Shown: positions 39,342 to 50,180 of the stretch, one piece after another
How the letters are laid out: every line of letters starts with the position of its first letter
Numbering within the stretch: the stretch's first letter is position 1
Source of the DNA: Okamejei kenojei
Taxonomy: Eukaryota
Length of the DNA stretch: 64,000 bases
Reading direction: 5' to 3'
Assembly (NCBI GenBank): GCA_035221665.1
Contig: CM069154.1
Coordinates: 9,114,001 to 9,178,000 of the forward strand
Position numbers and translations under genes: made by a program
The notes under the pieces: generated by a model
Databases searched by the model: none
What the model was told of the DNA's origin: nothing
What the model saw: only the letters and a program-made list of their open reading frames with translations

Positions 39342-39513
39342 ATGCAATCCTCCACCAACATTTGTCATTGTCTGATCACAGGAGCTGGCTGCATGCAAAG
39401 ATATGCTTCATATTTCCTGCATTATTACTGGTGCAACAATTTCAAAAGTACTTTATTGGGTCTAAAGTCTTTGGAAGTATCAAAACTGGGGAAAATGGTG
39501 AAAGAATGGAATT

Positions 39514-39567
<54 letters not shown>

Positions 39568-41569
39568 AGCTAGCTCAATCCAAATTCAAATGTTTTCATA
39601 AAGTGGAGAAACCAGGAACTGCAGGTTTACAAAATAGAAAGACAAAGTGCAAGAGTAAAGCAGCAGGTTGGGCATCATCTCCGGAGAACGGTCCCAACCC
39701 GAATCGCCACCTCTCCATTTTCTCCACAGATGCTGCTTGATCAACTGAGTTAATCCAGCACTTTGTGTCATTGTGTAGGAAGGAACTGCAGATGCTGGTT
39801 TAGACCGAAGATAGACACAAAAAGCTGGAGTAACTCAGTCTGAAGAGTCTTGACCTAAAACGTCACCTATTCCTTCTCTCCAGAGATGCTGTCTGACCCA
39901 CCGAGTTACTCCAGCTTTTTTGTGTCTATCTTCACTTTGTGTCTTCAAGTGATTTAGTTTCAATGAAATGTGGTGAATAATACTGCATGCAAAACAACAC
40001 TATTTCTCACTGCATCAAATGAGCAGATAATTTGCATTTATTTTCTTTATCTACCACATTTTATTTGGAACATTCCTTTGCACTTTACACTCTAGATTAC
40101 ACTTTAATCTCACTTCACACTCTACAGTGAACGATTGCAGTATTAATTGTTTTTCTGCACAACTGAAGTTGCTCAACCCTGCTACCAATGCTACATCTCT
40201 CCTCTGCAAGTCTGTATCAGATATTAAAGTCGTTTCCTCAGGACAGTCAGCCAGAACAAGGGCACAATCCTCCATCTGTCACCTAACCACTGAAAGAACA
40301 ACTCTATCACCGAAGATAGACACAAAATGCTGGAGTAACTCAGCGGGTCAGATAGCATCTGTGGAGAGGAGGAATGAATGACATTTTGGGTCGAGACCCT
40401 TTTCATTCTGGGAGTCAGGGAAGAGGGAGACATAGAGATAACAAAGGGTAAGGTGTGAAAACGACAGATCAAAGGGGATGAAGTTCAAGGAAAAGGTAGC
40501 ATAGATCATTCTCTCAGTTACTGAAGTTGCTCATCCCTAGTACCACTGGTATATATCTCCTCTGCAGTCTGTACCAGATATTAAAGTCGTTCCCTTTGTA
40601 TTGTGGCCCAGAGCGTGGCACAATCCTCCAATTGATCCATTCTACATTTTCCTTAAACTTTGTCTGTTGATCTCTCGTTTTCACACCTTACCTTTCCATA
40701 TCTATCTGTTTCCCTCTGCCCCGACTCTGTCTGAAGAAGGGCCTCGACCAGAAACGTCACCCATTCCTTCTCTCCAGAGATGCTGCCTGTGGCGCTGAGT
40801 TACTCCAGCTTTTGGTGTCTATCTTAAGTGTACACCAGCATCTGCAGTTCCTGAAGGTTGACGCAAAAAGCTGGAGTAACTCAGTGGGCCAGGCGGCATT
40901 TCTGGAGAAAAGGCAGTCCCATTCCTACACCAATCTAGCACCACTAGAGGATGCTGTTTGCAGACTTTGGAAAGGAACATTGCATCCAGAAGAGGTACAA
41001 TTTAACGCAAGCTGGGGAATGTTTTTACTTTCTTGTATAATTAATGGCCTCGCAATAAAATTGCATTCTTACCGATTGTTTCTTTGAAGTCTTGCATTCC
41101 TGTCATTCTGCTGGTTGGTTAATTGCAGAGAAATCCCTCCTGTATTTTTAACAATTAGATTTTGCAACTCTAAATATTAATTCTTTTTAAAAACTAAACT
41201 TCAATCATTTGTCAGAAACAGTTCCTGGGCAGGAAGTCGCATTGCGTGAGTGACATTGGCAAACTCTGCTCACAAAACTCTCAAAGGAATGCAGTATTGA
41301 AACCAGCCTCAAACTTGTCCCTTGCACAGTCAATAAATAGGAACTTTAATAAAATAAGAGATTGACTTGAATGTTTCCAGGAATGTGAGATTACAGTCAT
41401 GTGCATAGAAATGGAGACTGTTTTACTGGAACAGATATAACGGAGGTGTTCAAGATCATGAAAGCTTCGATAAATAAAGCAAAACTGCATCCAATTCCTG
41501 AAAGCAACAGAATGTGTGGTTTTGTAATTGGTAATAGAACAAAGGTGGCATGAAAGATAATTTTTCTGA

Positions 41570-41835
41570 GGGCAGCACACGGTAGAGTCGCTGCCTTACA
41601 GCGCCAGAGACCCAGGTTTGATCCTGACTATGGGCGCTGCCAGTACGGAGTTTGTACGTTCTCCCCGTGACCGCGTGGGTTTTCTCCGGGCGCTCCGGTT
41701 TCCTCCCACACTCCAGAGACGTAAAGTTTGTAAATTGTCCCTAGTATGTGCAGGATCGTGTCAGTGTACGGGGTGGTCGGCGCGCAGTCGGTGGACCGCA
41801 CGTCCTGTTTCCACGCTGTATTTCTAAAGTCTAAA
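41570..41835 (+). mobile_element. HE1-type V-SINE
   Basis: Head, V-domain and tail. Confidence 0.85.
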
Positions 41836-42227
41836 ATGAAGTCTTTGTGATTTATTGGTTTGAATTCACAGCTTGAGAGGTTGGTGTTAGCAAGTTTGTT
41901 GGTTGCTTTACGATGGTTTCTGATCCACACTCGTTGACGTCTGCCGGCGGGCAAGTCCAGGAACCCATTGTAAAGGGAGGTACGGAAAACTGGAGCCTGG
42001 TGACATGTTTAGACGGGATGATTATGTTGAGTGAACAGCACACAGATGTAATCACGAACAAGGTGTACCAATACCTCGACTTTCTTGGAAGGTCAATGAG
42101 ATTTGGCAACAAGATACAGCACGGCAACTGGCCCATCCGCCCAACCTGTCCCATCCAAGCCGGTCCCACTTGCCTGCATTTGGTCCAAACCCCTCTGAAC
42201 CTTTCCTATTCAAATACCTGTCCAAGT

Positions 42228-42277
42228 GGGGTCAATTAAAGAGTGTTCACGTCGCGGCCCTGTTTCCACTAATCTTC
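42228..42277 (+). ncRNA. Minimal HDV/CPEB3-like ribozyme fold (family B)
   Basis: GGGGUC AAUUA AAGA GUG UUCACGU CGC GGCCCU GUUUCCA CUAA UCUU. P1 is 6 bp with G1.U, P2 is AAGA/UCUU, P3 is GUG/CGC; L3 and J4/2 are the same as in family A. Confidence 0.7.
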
Positions 42278-42394
42278 CCACCACCACACACAAGGAGCGC
42301 AAGACAGACACCGTTGCATGCAAATGCCGAGAAATGTGTTCAGATCTGGCTGAACAACTTCTAATCTTGTGCATGGGCTCGACAAGAGGAAGAT
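42228..42394 (+). mobile_element. 167-bp ribozyme-headed retroposon (family B) inserted in a CR1 3' fragment
   Basis: TSD ctgtccaagt at 42218-42227 and 42395-42404; purine-rich tail caagaggaagat. Confidence 0.72.
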
Positions 42395-42895
42395 CTGTCC
42401 AAGTGCCTTTTAAAAAATATTATTGTACCTGCCTCAACTCCCCCCCTCTCTGGCAAGTTGTGAGGCAGCAGCTCTACCAGCTGTGCTGTCCCCATTGTTA
42501 AGTTGGAGGATTCATGTTAGTTGTGGCGATAGAGCATGGGAACAGGCCCTTTGGCTGACCATCGATACCTGCTCACACTAGTTCTATGTTATCCCACTTT
42601 CTTATCCATTCCTTACACACCAGGGGCAAGTTGTTCTACTGGCTGCACCGCCCCTGTTGTTAAATGAGTGGATTTGGTGGCGATGTGTGTGGAAGCGGGG
42701 CTGGGAAATAGATCAGACTGATAGGGGGGGGGAGGAACAGTTTTGAAGGGCCGAATGGCCTACCGCTCTTTGCAATGTACTTAACCTGCAGCAATTAACG
42801 CAGAATTCCTTTGTGGAAAACCAGCCTTATCTGGGAGGCCTCACTCGCTGTGTGAGAACACACAGTCAGAAATTGGTGCACTAGAATTATAAGGG

Positions 42896-42967
42896 GGGGT
42901 TGTAGCTCAGAGGACGAGTGCATCTTTGGGATGTTTGAAGTCCCAGGTTCAATCCCTGGCATCTCCA
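42896..42967 (+). pseudogene. tRNA-Ala-derived pseudogene (anticodon position reads GGG)
   Basis: 72 nt colinear with vertebrate tRNA-Ala. G3:U70 is kept and the T arm ccagg-ttcaatc-cctgg is intact, but the anticodon stem has two mismatches, the acceptor stem has one, and there is no oligo-T terminator. Confidence 0.75.
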
Positions 42968-43020
42968 CAGGTTGTACCTTGGATGAAAGAGAGAGGTGCC
43001 ATGGCCTGGAAAGGTATTTA

Positions 43021-43329
43021 GGGACGGCACGGTGGCCGAGCGATAGAGTTGCTGCCTTACAGCGTCGGAGACCCGAGTTCAAAACTGACATGTGCTCTCT
43101 GCACGGAGTTTGCACGTTCTCCCCATGACCTGCGTGGGTCTTCTCCAGAAGCTCCGGTTCCCTCCCACGCTCCAAAGACGTACAGGTTTGTAGGTTGATT
43201 GGCTTGGTAAAATTGTAAATTGTCCCTCGTATGTGTGTGTGTGTGTAGGATGGTGTTAGTGTGTGGGGATCGCTGGTCGGCGCAGACTTGGTAGCCCAAA
43301 GTGCCTGTTTCCGCGCTGTTTCTCTAAAC
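43021..43329 (+). mobile_element. HE1-type V-SINE
   Basis: Head, V-domain and tail. Confidence 0.85.
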
Positions 43330-43690
43330 CGGGCTAATTACAAATCTTGTGAGAAATGGAGAAATATATATCAACAGCAGCGGCTCAGCCCACCTGCTTC
43401 GGGAAACTGTGAGGAAGTGATGCAATTTGGGGAAAGTATTTGCGAAGGGTGAAAACAATGATATTTTTTTTTTTCAAACCTTGGCCTTGTTACTGAATTC
43501 TTCGCTTAGAATTTATGATCAGCAGGAAACCAGAGCAGCTAGCGGGACAGACTGTCCCAGATAATGTTAGAGTCTGCACAACAATAATTCAATGCAGCGA
43601 TCCGTAAGCTAAATATGGCCATGCTTAAAATATACGCGCTCGGTGTGTGTTGGTGGGTAGTATAAGGTCATCTAACATAGGACAGTACAG

Positions 43691-43895
43691 GGTACACAAA
43701 ATGCTGGAGAAACTCAGCGGGTGCAGCAGCATCTATGGAGCGAAGGAGATAGGCAACATTTCGGACCAAAAAAACCTCCTTCAGACCCGAACCGTTGCCC
43801 ATCTCCTTCGCTCCATAGATGCTGCTGCACCCGCTGAGTTTCTCCAGCATTTTGTGTACCCTCGATTTTCCAGCATCTGCAGTTCCTTCTTTAAC
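43691..43895. mobile_element. Young palindromic Penelope-derived insertion
   Basis: Near-perfect inverted arms of about 68 bp; 16-bp TSD acataggacagtacag at 43675-43690 and 43896-43911. Confidence 0.8.
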
Positions 43896-44164
43896 ACATA
43901 GGACAGTACAGCACAGGAACAGGTATGTTGGCTCCGAATGTCTGTGGCCGAACCTGATGCCGTGTTAAAACAACCTCATCTGCCTGTACATGATCCCTAT
44001 CCCTCCATTGCCAGCGTATATGCCTGGTAAATGCCGCCATGGTATCTGCTTCCACCGCCACCCCTGGCCAGTGCATTCCAGGCACCCACCACCAACAACC
44101 TACCAGCATCCTACCAGCAACTAGAGAGCGGTCCTGACTACTATCTACCTCACTCAAGACTGCT

Positions 44165-44450
44165 CAGTGGCGCAGCGGTAGAGTCGCTGTCTTACAGCGC
44201 CAGATTCAATCCTGACTACGGGTGCTGTCTGTACGGGGTTTGTACGTTCTCCCCGCGACCGCGTGGGTTTTCTCCGGGTGCTCCGGATTCACCCCACACT
44301 CCAAAGATGTACAGGTCTGTAGGTTAATTGGCTTCAGTAGAAATGTAAATTGTCCCACGTGTATGGGATGGTCGCTAGCGTACGGGGCGGTCGCTGGTCG
44401 GCACGGGCTGATGGGCTGTTCCTGCGTTGTATTTCTGAAGCCTCTAAAAG
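44165..44450 (+). mobile_element. HE1-type V-SINE
   Basis: Head, V-domain and tail. Confidence 0.8.
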
Positions 44451-44615
44451 TCTATCGCAGGGTGGGGCCATGGAAGACAGGGATGGAAATTTGAAGACCG
44501 ATGTAACTTTGTCCAAAGGTTCCATTCCAAAACATCGTGAATTCATCAAAATGTGACGCAATTAGTAATTTGGTAAGGATGTGTGGATCTAAAACCCACT
44601 TGATCAACTGAAGAA

Positions 44616-45835
44616 CTTGACAAACTCCACACAGCAGTTGATGTAGGAGAGCACAGTGGATGTGTACTCCTCCAAGTCTACCTCTGTACCACTGGTAGCC
44701 TATTGTGCAAACAGGTCCCAGTCGGTGCGATCAAAGCAGTCCTGGAGTTGTAGGGTGGAGTCCCCGGGCCATATTTTGACTGTCTTTATTGCAGGTTTGG
44801 TTTTGCGGATGAGGGGTTTGTATGCAGGCAGTAGAAGCAGTGAGAGGTGATCGGATTGTCCCAGGGATGGGCAGGGGAGGGCTCTGTATGCATCCTTGAT
44901 GTTGGTGTACACTTTATCCAGCGTGTTTGAGCCCCTGGTAGGGGGTCACTGCACATGCTGGTGGAATTTGCGGAGTGCAGCTCGTAGGTCCACCTGGTTA
45001 AAGTCCCTGCAACAATGAAGGCACGGTCGGGGTGAGCATCCTGCTGCTTGCTGATGGTCGAGTGCAGCTGTGCTAGCGCTAGGTTAGCATTAGCCTGTGG
45101 TGGGATGTATATGGCCATGATAATAACCATAGTAAACTCCCGAGGCAGGTAAAACGGCCTACATTTAAGCAGTAGGTATTCCAGGTCTGGGGAACAGTAG
45201 CTCTCTACTGCAGTGTGGTTGGTGCACCAGTCCTTGTTGATATAGATGCAGAGCCCGCCGCCCTTGCTCTTACCGGAGTCCTTTGTTCTATCAGCACGAT
45301 GCAGTGACCGGTTGGTTCGGTCCACAGCCCCGTCGGGAACCAGCGCGCTGAGCCAGGTCTCTGTGAAGATCAGCACACAGCAGTCTTTCAGGGCTCTTCA
45401 GCGCGTCGCCCACAGAGCGCAACAGATTATTGGGACACCGCTCCCAGCCTTGGAGGGCATCTACCACACACGGTGCCTCAGGAAGGCCGTCGGCATACAT
45501 AAAGACTCCTCTCACCCTTGTAATGGACTGTTCGAACTACTCCCTTCCAAGGCCTTCTATGCCCGCACCACCAGACTCAGGAACAGCTTCATTCCCAGAG
45601 CTATGGCGGCTCTGAACCGGCCCTGCTGAGTACCCCCCACCCCTATGGACTGTCTCCCCCGGCCTCGCACGTTAGTCTGTGTTGATTCTACTGGTCTAAT
45701 GTTCGTTTTTACAAACCTTGTTCTCAGGGTTTTAAACCTAAATTTTATTTGTCAGTTAAGTTATGACATCAGATGGAAGTTGCAAACCAAATCTTGTTGC
45801 ACTTATGTGTAATGACAATAAAAGATATTATTATC
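44616..45835. mobile_element. Rex1/Babar LINE insertion with inverted 5' part
   Basis: 44616 to about 45388 on the minus strand encodes APE endonuclease (FTETWL, GGGLCIYIN, AIYIPP, SDH). About 45389-45835 on the plus strand encodes the ORF C-terminus and tail. agaa is duplicated at both ends. Confidence 0.85.
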
Positions 45836-46454
45836 AGAAGGGTCTCGACCCGAAATGCCACCCATTCATTCCTTCTCTCCAGAGATGCTGTCTGTTCCGC
45901 TGAGTTACTCCAGCCTTTTGTGTCTAACATCAATAGTATTTATTGAGAAGGTCGCGAACAACCGGCTGACAGACCGCAGTTTCACATATTCATGTTTACG
46001 GAATCCTTTATAACATAGTCATTTACCTGTCGTGTCCTTAAACCAGAATTGTTCGATCCTGAAACTGCGGGCAATGGTATACAAAATAAGTCACAAGGTG
46101 CTGGAGTAACTCAGCAGGTCAGGCAGCATCTCTGGAGAATGGTTCAATGGTGTTTAATTGTCACATGTGCAGTGAAATTATTTTCTTGCATGCAGTCCAT
46201 ATCTCAGTACAATCACCGATTAGCGATGTGTACAGAAATAACCCATTGAGCTCTCATGCAAGAGGCATCAGGTTTTGGGATCGTTTTCAAAGTCTAGCCC
46301 ACACTCTAGGTCTTATGAGCGGCACCCAATCCAGGCAAGCCCCAGGCTGCTGCAGGGCCTCCAGCCACTGCCTTTCTTGGACCTCTTGATCTATGTCCCT
46401 CTCCTTGCCCGTCCACCTTTGTGCCCCAGGGGCACCTCTCACTTGGATACCACC

Positions 46455-47210
46455 AGAGGGCGCTGACAATGGCAGCCTCGCCAACAGTCTGTCTGTCTGT
46501 TCGTCTTGTTTTGGTGTTTATTTTAGAAGTTTGTTTTAATGTTCTCTGGTTTGTTTTATGTGAGGGGTGGGGGAGGAGGTCGGGAGAAACTTTGTTTCAA
46601 TCTCGTACCTTGCCGGAGATGCGATTGTTTTCCAGATTGTGTCTCCGGTCGCTCTGCGGCCTAACATCGTGGAGCTGGAGGCCTTGCTCGGGACTGACTT
46701 TGAGCCCCACCGCGTGGCGTAGACTTACCATCGGAGCCGTTTCCTTGCCTGGGATCGACGCTCCAACCGCGGCCTGCGGATTCCACCATCGGGAGCTCGC
46801 AGTCTCGGGTAGAGACCATAGATTTCGGGAGATGCAATGGCGCAGAAGGTTTGACCAGCCCCGACCCAGGGTTCGATCGCTCAGCGCGGGGGAGCTGAGA
46901 TCCCCCCCGCCCGTTGCGGGAGCTTATTCGCCCCGACGCGGAGGCACCGACCGCCGCTGGCTACGGGAGCCAAGAACGTCCCGTCAACGGAAGGCTCGAG
47001 GCCCCCCACCGCGGGAGAACAAAGAAGGAAAGAGATTGAACTTTTTATTGGCTTCCATCACAGTGAGGAATGTGGAGTAGTCACTGTGGTGGATGTTTAT
47101 GTTCAAATGTATTTTGTGTGGTCTGTTGCTTTTTATTAGTATGATTGTCTGGCAAATCAAATTCCTCGTATGTTGCAAAACATACTTGGCTAATAAAGTA
47201 AGTATGAGTA
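46455..47210 (+). mobile_element. CpG-rich non-coding retroposon
   Basis: Homologous to 21812-22607; ends aataaa plus (agtatg)n. Confidence 0.6.
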
Positions 47211-47904
47211 TGCGTATGAGTATAGGGGATGTTTCGGGTTGGGACCCTTCTTCAGACCCGACCCAAAGCGTCGTTCATCCATTCCCTTCAGTGATGCACC
47301 CTGACTCGCTGAGTTACACCAGCGTTTTGCATCTTTTTGCATAATCCTGGAAAAATCCCTGTTTTAAATTTAAATCAAAACGAAAGCAAATGAGAAAAAC
47401 ACAAACACCGTAGATGCTGGAAAGATGAAGTAAAAATCGAAGGTACTGGAATATTTACTGGCCCAGGTTACATCTCTCCCCAAATACTGCCTGACTAGTT
47501 AAGCATTCCCAATTCATTCTGGGGAATCTAAGTGGAATTTGCCTCTAGCTAGCAAAGGGATTCTTTTCCCTTTGGTATCTGATAATGACGTGTAATGAAA
47601 AATAAACGTTGTGTGTCGACAGAAGTGACAGATGATAATTTTTTGTTTCTATTTCAAATTAATCGCTATTTGTAAGCATGCCAATGGAATACCCAAGTAT
47701 GAAGTGTATAGCAGATTAGAAGGCTCAATAGAAATCTGTTATGGTGATAGTAAATGTATCAGAGTGAGTTAGAACAAATTGTCCAAATATATACATGCTA
47801 CATGTGATTTTCCATATTGTTGTTTTTACATTTTAGGAAAAAAAAGACAATACAGATATTCAATGAAAGATTTGATTTATGTGTAGAAAAGAACTGCAGA
47901 TAAT

Positions 47905-48245
47905 AGATAATAGGTGCAGGAGGTGGCCATGCGGCCCTTCGAGCCAGCACCACCATTAACTGTGATCATGGCTGATCGTCCACAATCAGTATCCCATTCC
48001 TGCCTTTTTTTACCCAGAGAGTTGTGAGTCTGTGGAATTCTCTGCCTCAGAAGGCAGTGGAGGCCGATTCTCTGGATGCTTTCAAGAGAGAGTTAGATAG
48101 AGCTCTTAAAGATAGCGGAGTCAGGGGATATGGGGAGAAGGCAGGAACGGGGTACTGATTGTGGATGATCAGCCATGACCACATTAAATGGCGGTGCTGG
48201 CTCGAAGGGCCGAATGGCCTACTCCTGTATTTATTGTCTATTGTC
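47905..48245. mobile_element. CR1 3' ends arranged as an inverted pair
   Basis: Minus-strand tail at about 47905-48005 followed by a plus-strand WNSLP region and tail. Confidence 0.75.
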
Positions 48246-48414
48246 CTGTGAAGAGCAAAATTCACATCTAAATTCCATGCGTTCAACATATTTTCTCTGA
48301 TTTATTTTCCAATTCTGTGAATGCCACAGTTTTGTATCCTTATTTTATGCCCCCATTTAACATATTTTGGTAAGTTTTGGTCCATTTTCTCCTCTCCCAT
48401 TTTGTAATTTAAGT

Positions 48415-48705
48415 GAAGGTGGTTCAGCTATAGAGTTGCTGCCGTACAGATCCAGAGACGCTGTTTCGATCCTGACCATGGGCGCTGTCTGTACGGAGTT
48501 TGTACGTTCTCCCCGTGACTGTGTGGGCTTTCTCTGACTGCTCCGGTCTCCTCCAAGATCCCAAAGACCTGCAGGTTTGTAAGTTAAAGGCTTCTGTACA
48601 TTGTCCCTCGTGTGTGGGATAGTGTTAATGCAGGGGGTGGTGGGTGATCGCTGGTCGGCACGGACTCGATGGGCCGAAGGGCCTGTTTCAGTGCTGCATC
48701 TGTAG
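48415..48705 (+). mobile_element. HE1-type V-SINE
   Basis: Head, V-domain and tail. Confidence 0.8.
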
Positions 48706-49609
48706 AGGCATTTTCCAAGGACTAAAGTAACATCCCGACTGCTTAGCAGGCAACTAAAGCTTTTCACTGTACCTCGGTGCACGTGACTGAACTGAACTGA
48801 AGTCAAACACAAAAAGCTGGAGTAACCCAGCGGGACAGGCAACATCTCTGGAGAGAAGGAATGGGTGACGTTTCGGGTTGAGACCCTTCTTCAGACTGGT
48901 TGGGGATAAGGGAAATGAGAGATAGGGGCGAAGATATAGAGAGATAAAGAACAATGATTGAAATGATATGCAAGTCATGTGGGTTATTAAGTTTTAAACA
49001 AAGCTGTTTTTTTCAATGTGAAGCATTCCATGGATGTTTTTCCTAGTGACAAATAGCACTGTCCCCGTGTTCAATCCAGACAGCCTTGCACAGTCGTTTC
49101 ACCAACCCCCGCTCCCCTCTCACCCCCCAGTCTGGTGAATGTGACATGCACTCTTTGGAATGTCGCAGGTTTTAAATATTCCTTGCCTTCCCGTAAAAAT
49201 CCTTATCATTCTCCAGCAAGAGGAGCATTGCAGGAAGTTGTTGATCAACTTCCCGCTGAAACTCAGTGTAATTCTCGTCAATTCTCCTTCGTGAATTGTA
49301 TTCACTTTACTCAGAGGAGTTTCAAGAAAAGCCTTCACAGTCGTGCAGCATTAGTAAGATGTTTCCGTTCGTTTAATAAATGATTTGTGTTTAAGTGGCA
49401 GAAAAGGGTGAAACAATGAGGAGAAACATAGAAAATAGGTGTAGGAGGAGGCCATTCAGCCCTTCAAGCCAGCACCACCGTTCATTGTGATCATGGCTGA
49501 TCGTCCCCAATCAATAACCCGTGCCTGCCTTCTCCCCATATCTCTTGACCCCACTAGCCCCTAGAGCTCTATCTAAGAGAGAAAACTGTGACAATTGATT
49601 GATTGATTG

Positions 49610-49890
49610 AAAGATACAGCATGGAAACAGACCCTTCGGCCCATCGAGCCCAGGTTGACCATCAACCATCAAGTCGGCATATTCACGCTAGTTCTATCTT
49701 GTTTTACTTTTGCATCCACTCCCTACACTCGAGGGCCAATTTACAGAAGCCAATTAACCTACAAACCCGCACGTCTTTGTGATGTGGGAGGAAACTGGGA
49801 CATTGGAAGGAGTCCTGGTCACAGGGAGAGCGTGCAAACTCCACACGGCTAGCATCTGAGGTCAGGATCGACCACAGGTCTTTGGCACTC
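49610..49890 (-). mobile_element. HE1-type V-SINE
   Basis: Diverged reverse-complement copy. Confidence 0.7.
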
Positions 49891-50180
49891 TGAGGGAGAG
49901 TGTCACACACAACTTGAGTTGAGGAATATTCCCAACATATGTTTTCATCTTGAATTTGCAATCTCAGATGTATTTTGTTTTTGCGTTAATGTCTACCTTA
50001 CCTGAGCCAAGGGTTGGCATGGCTCAGTGCTCCCGATTGGGAAGGATGTGAAGTTAAGAGTCACTCTGGCATCTGATCTAAGATGATGTCCCAGGTGCAG
50101 CGTTGTAGTGGTTCTGCATCATTGGAGTGTGTCGGAAGGAACTGCAAATGCTGGTTTACACAGAAGATAGAAATTGCAGG

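Noticed and set aside
39317-39740. Poly-proline ORFs (and poly-Gly/Pro ORFs near 7114-7391)
   Set aside because: These are translations of homopolymer C/G tracts whose lengths may also be sequencing artefacts.
46421-47080. 219-aa GC-rich ORF
   Set aside because: It lies within a dispersed CpG-rich repeat, has no recognisable domain, and the related copy at 21812-22607 does not keep a matching ORF.
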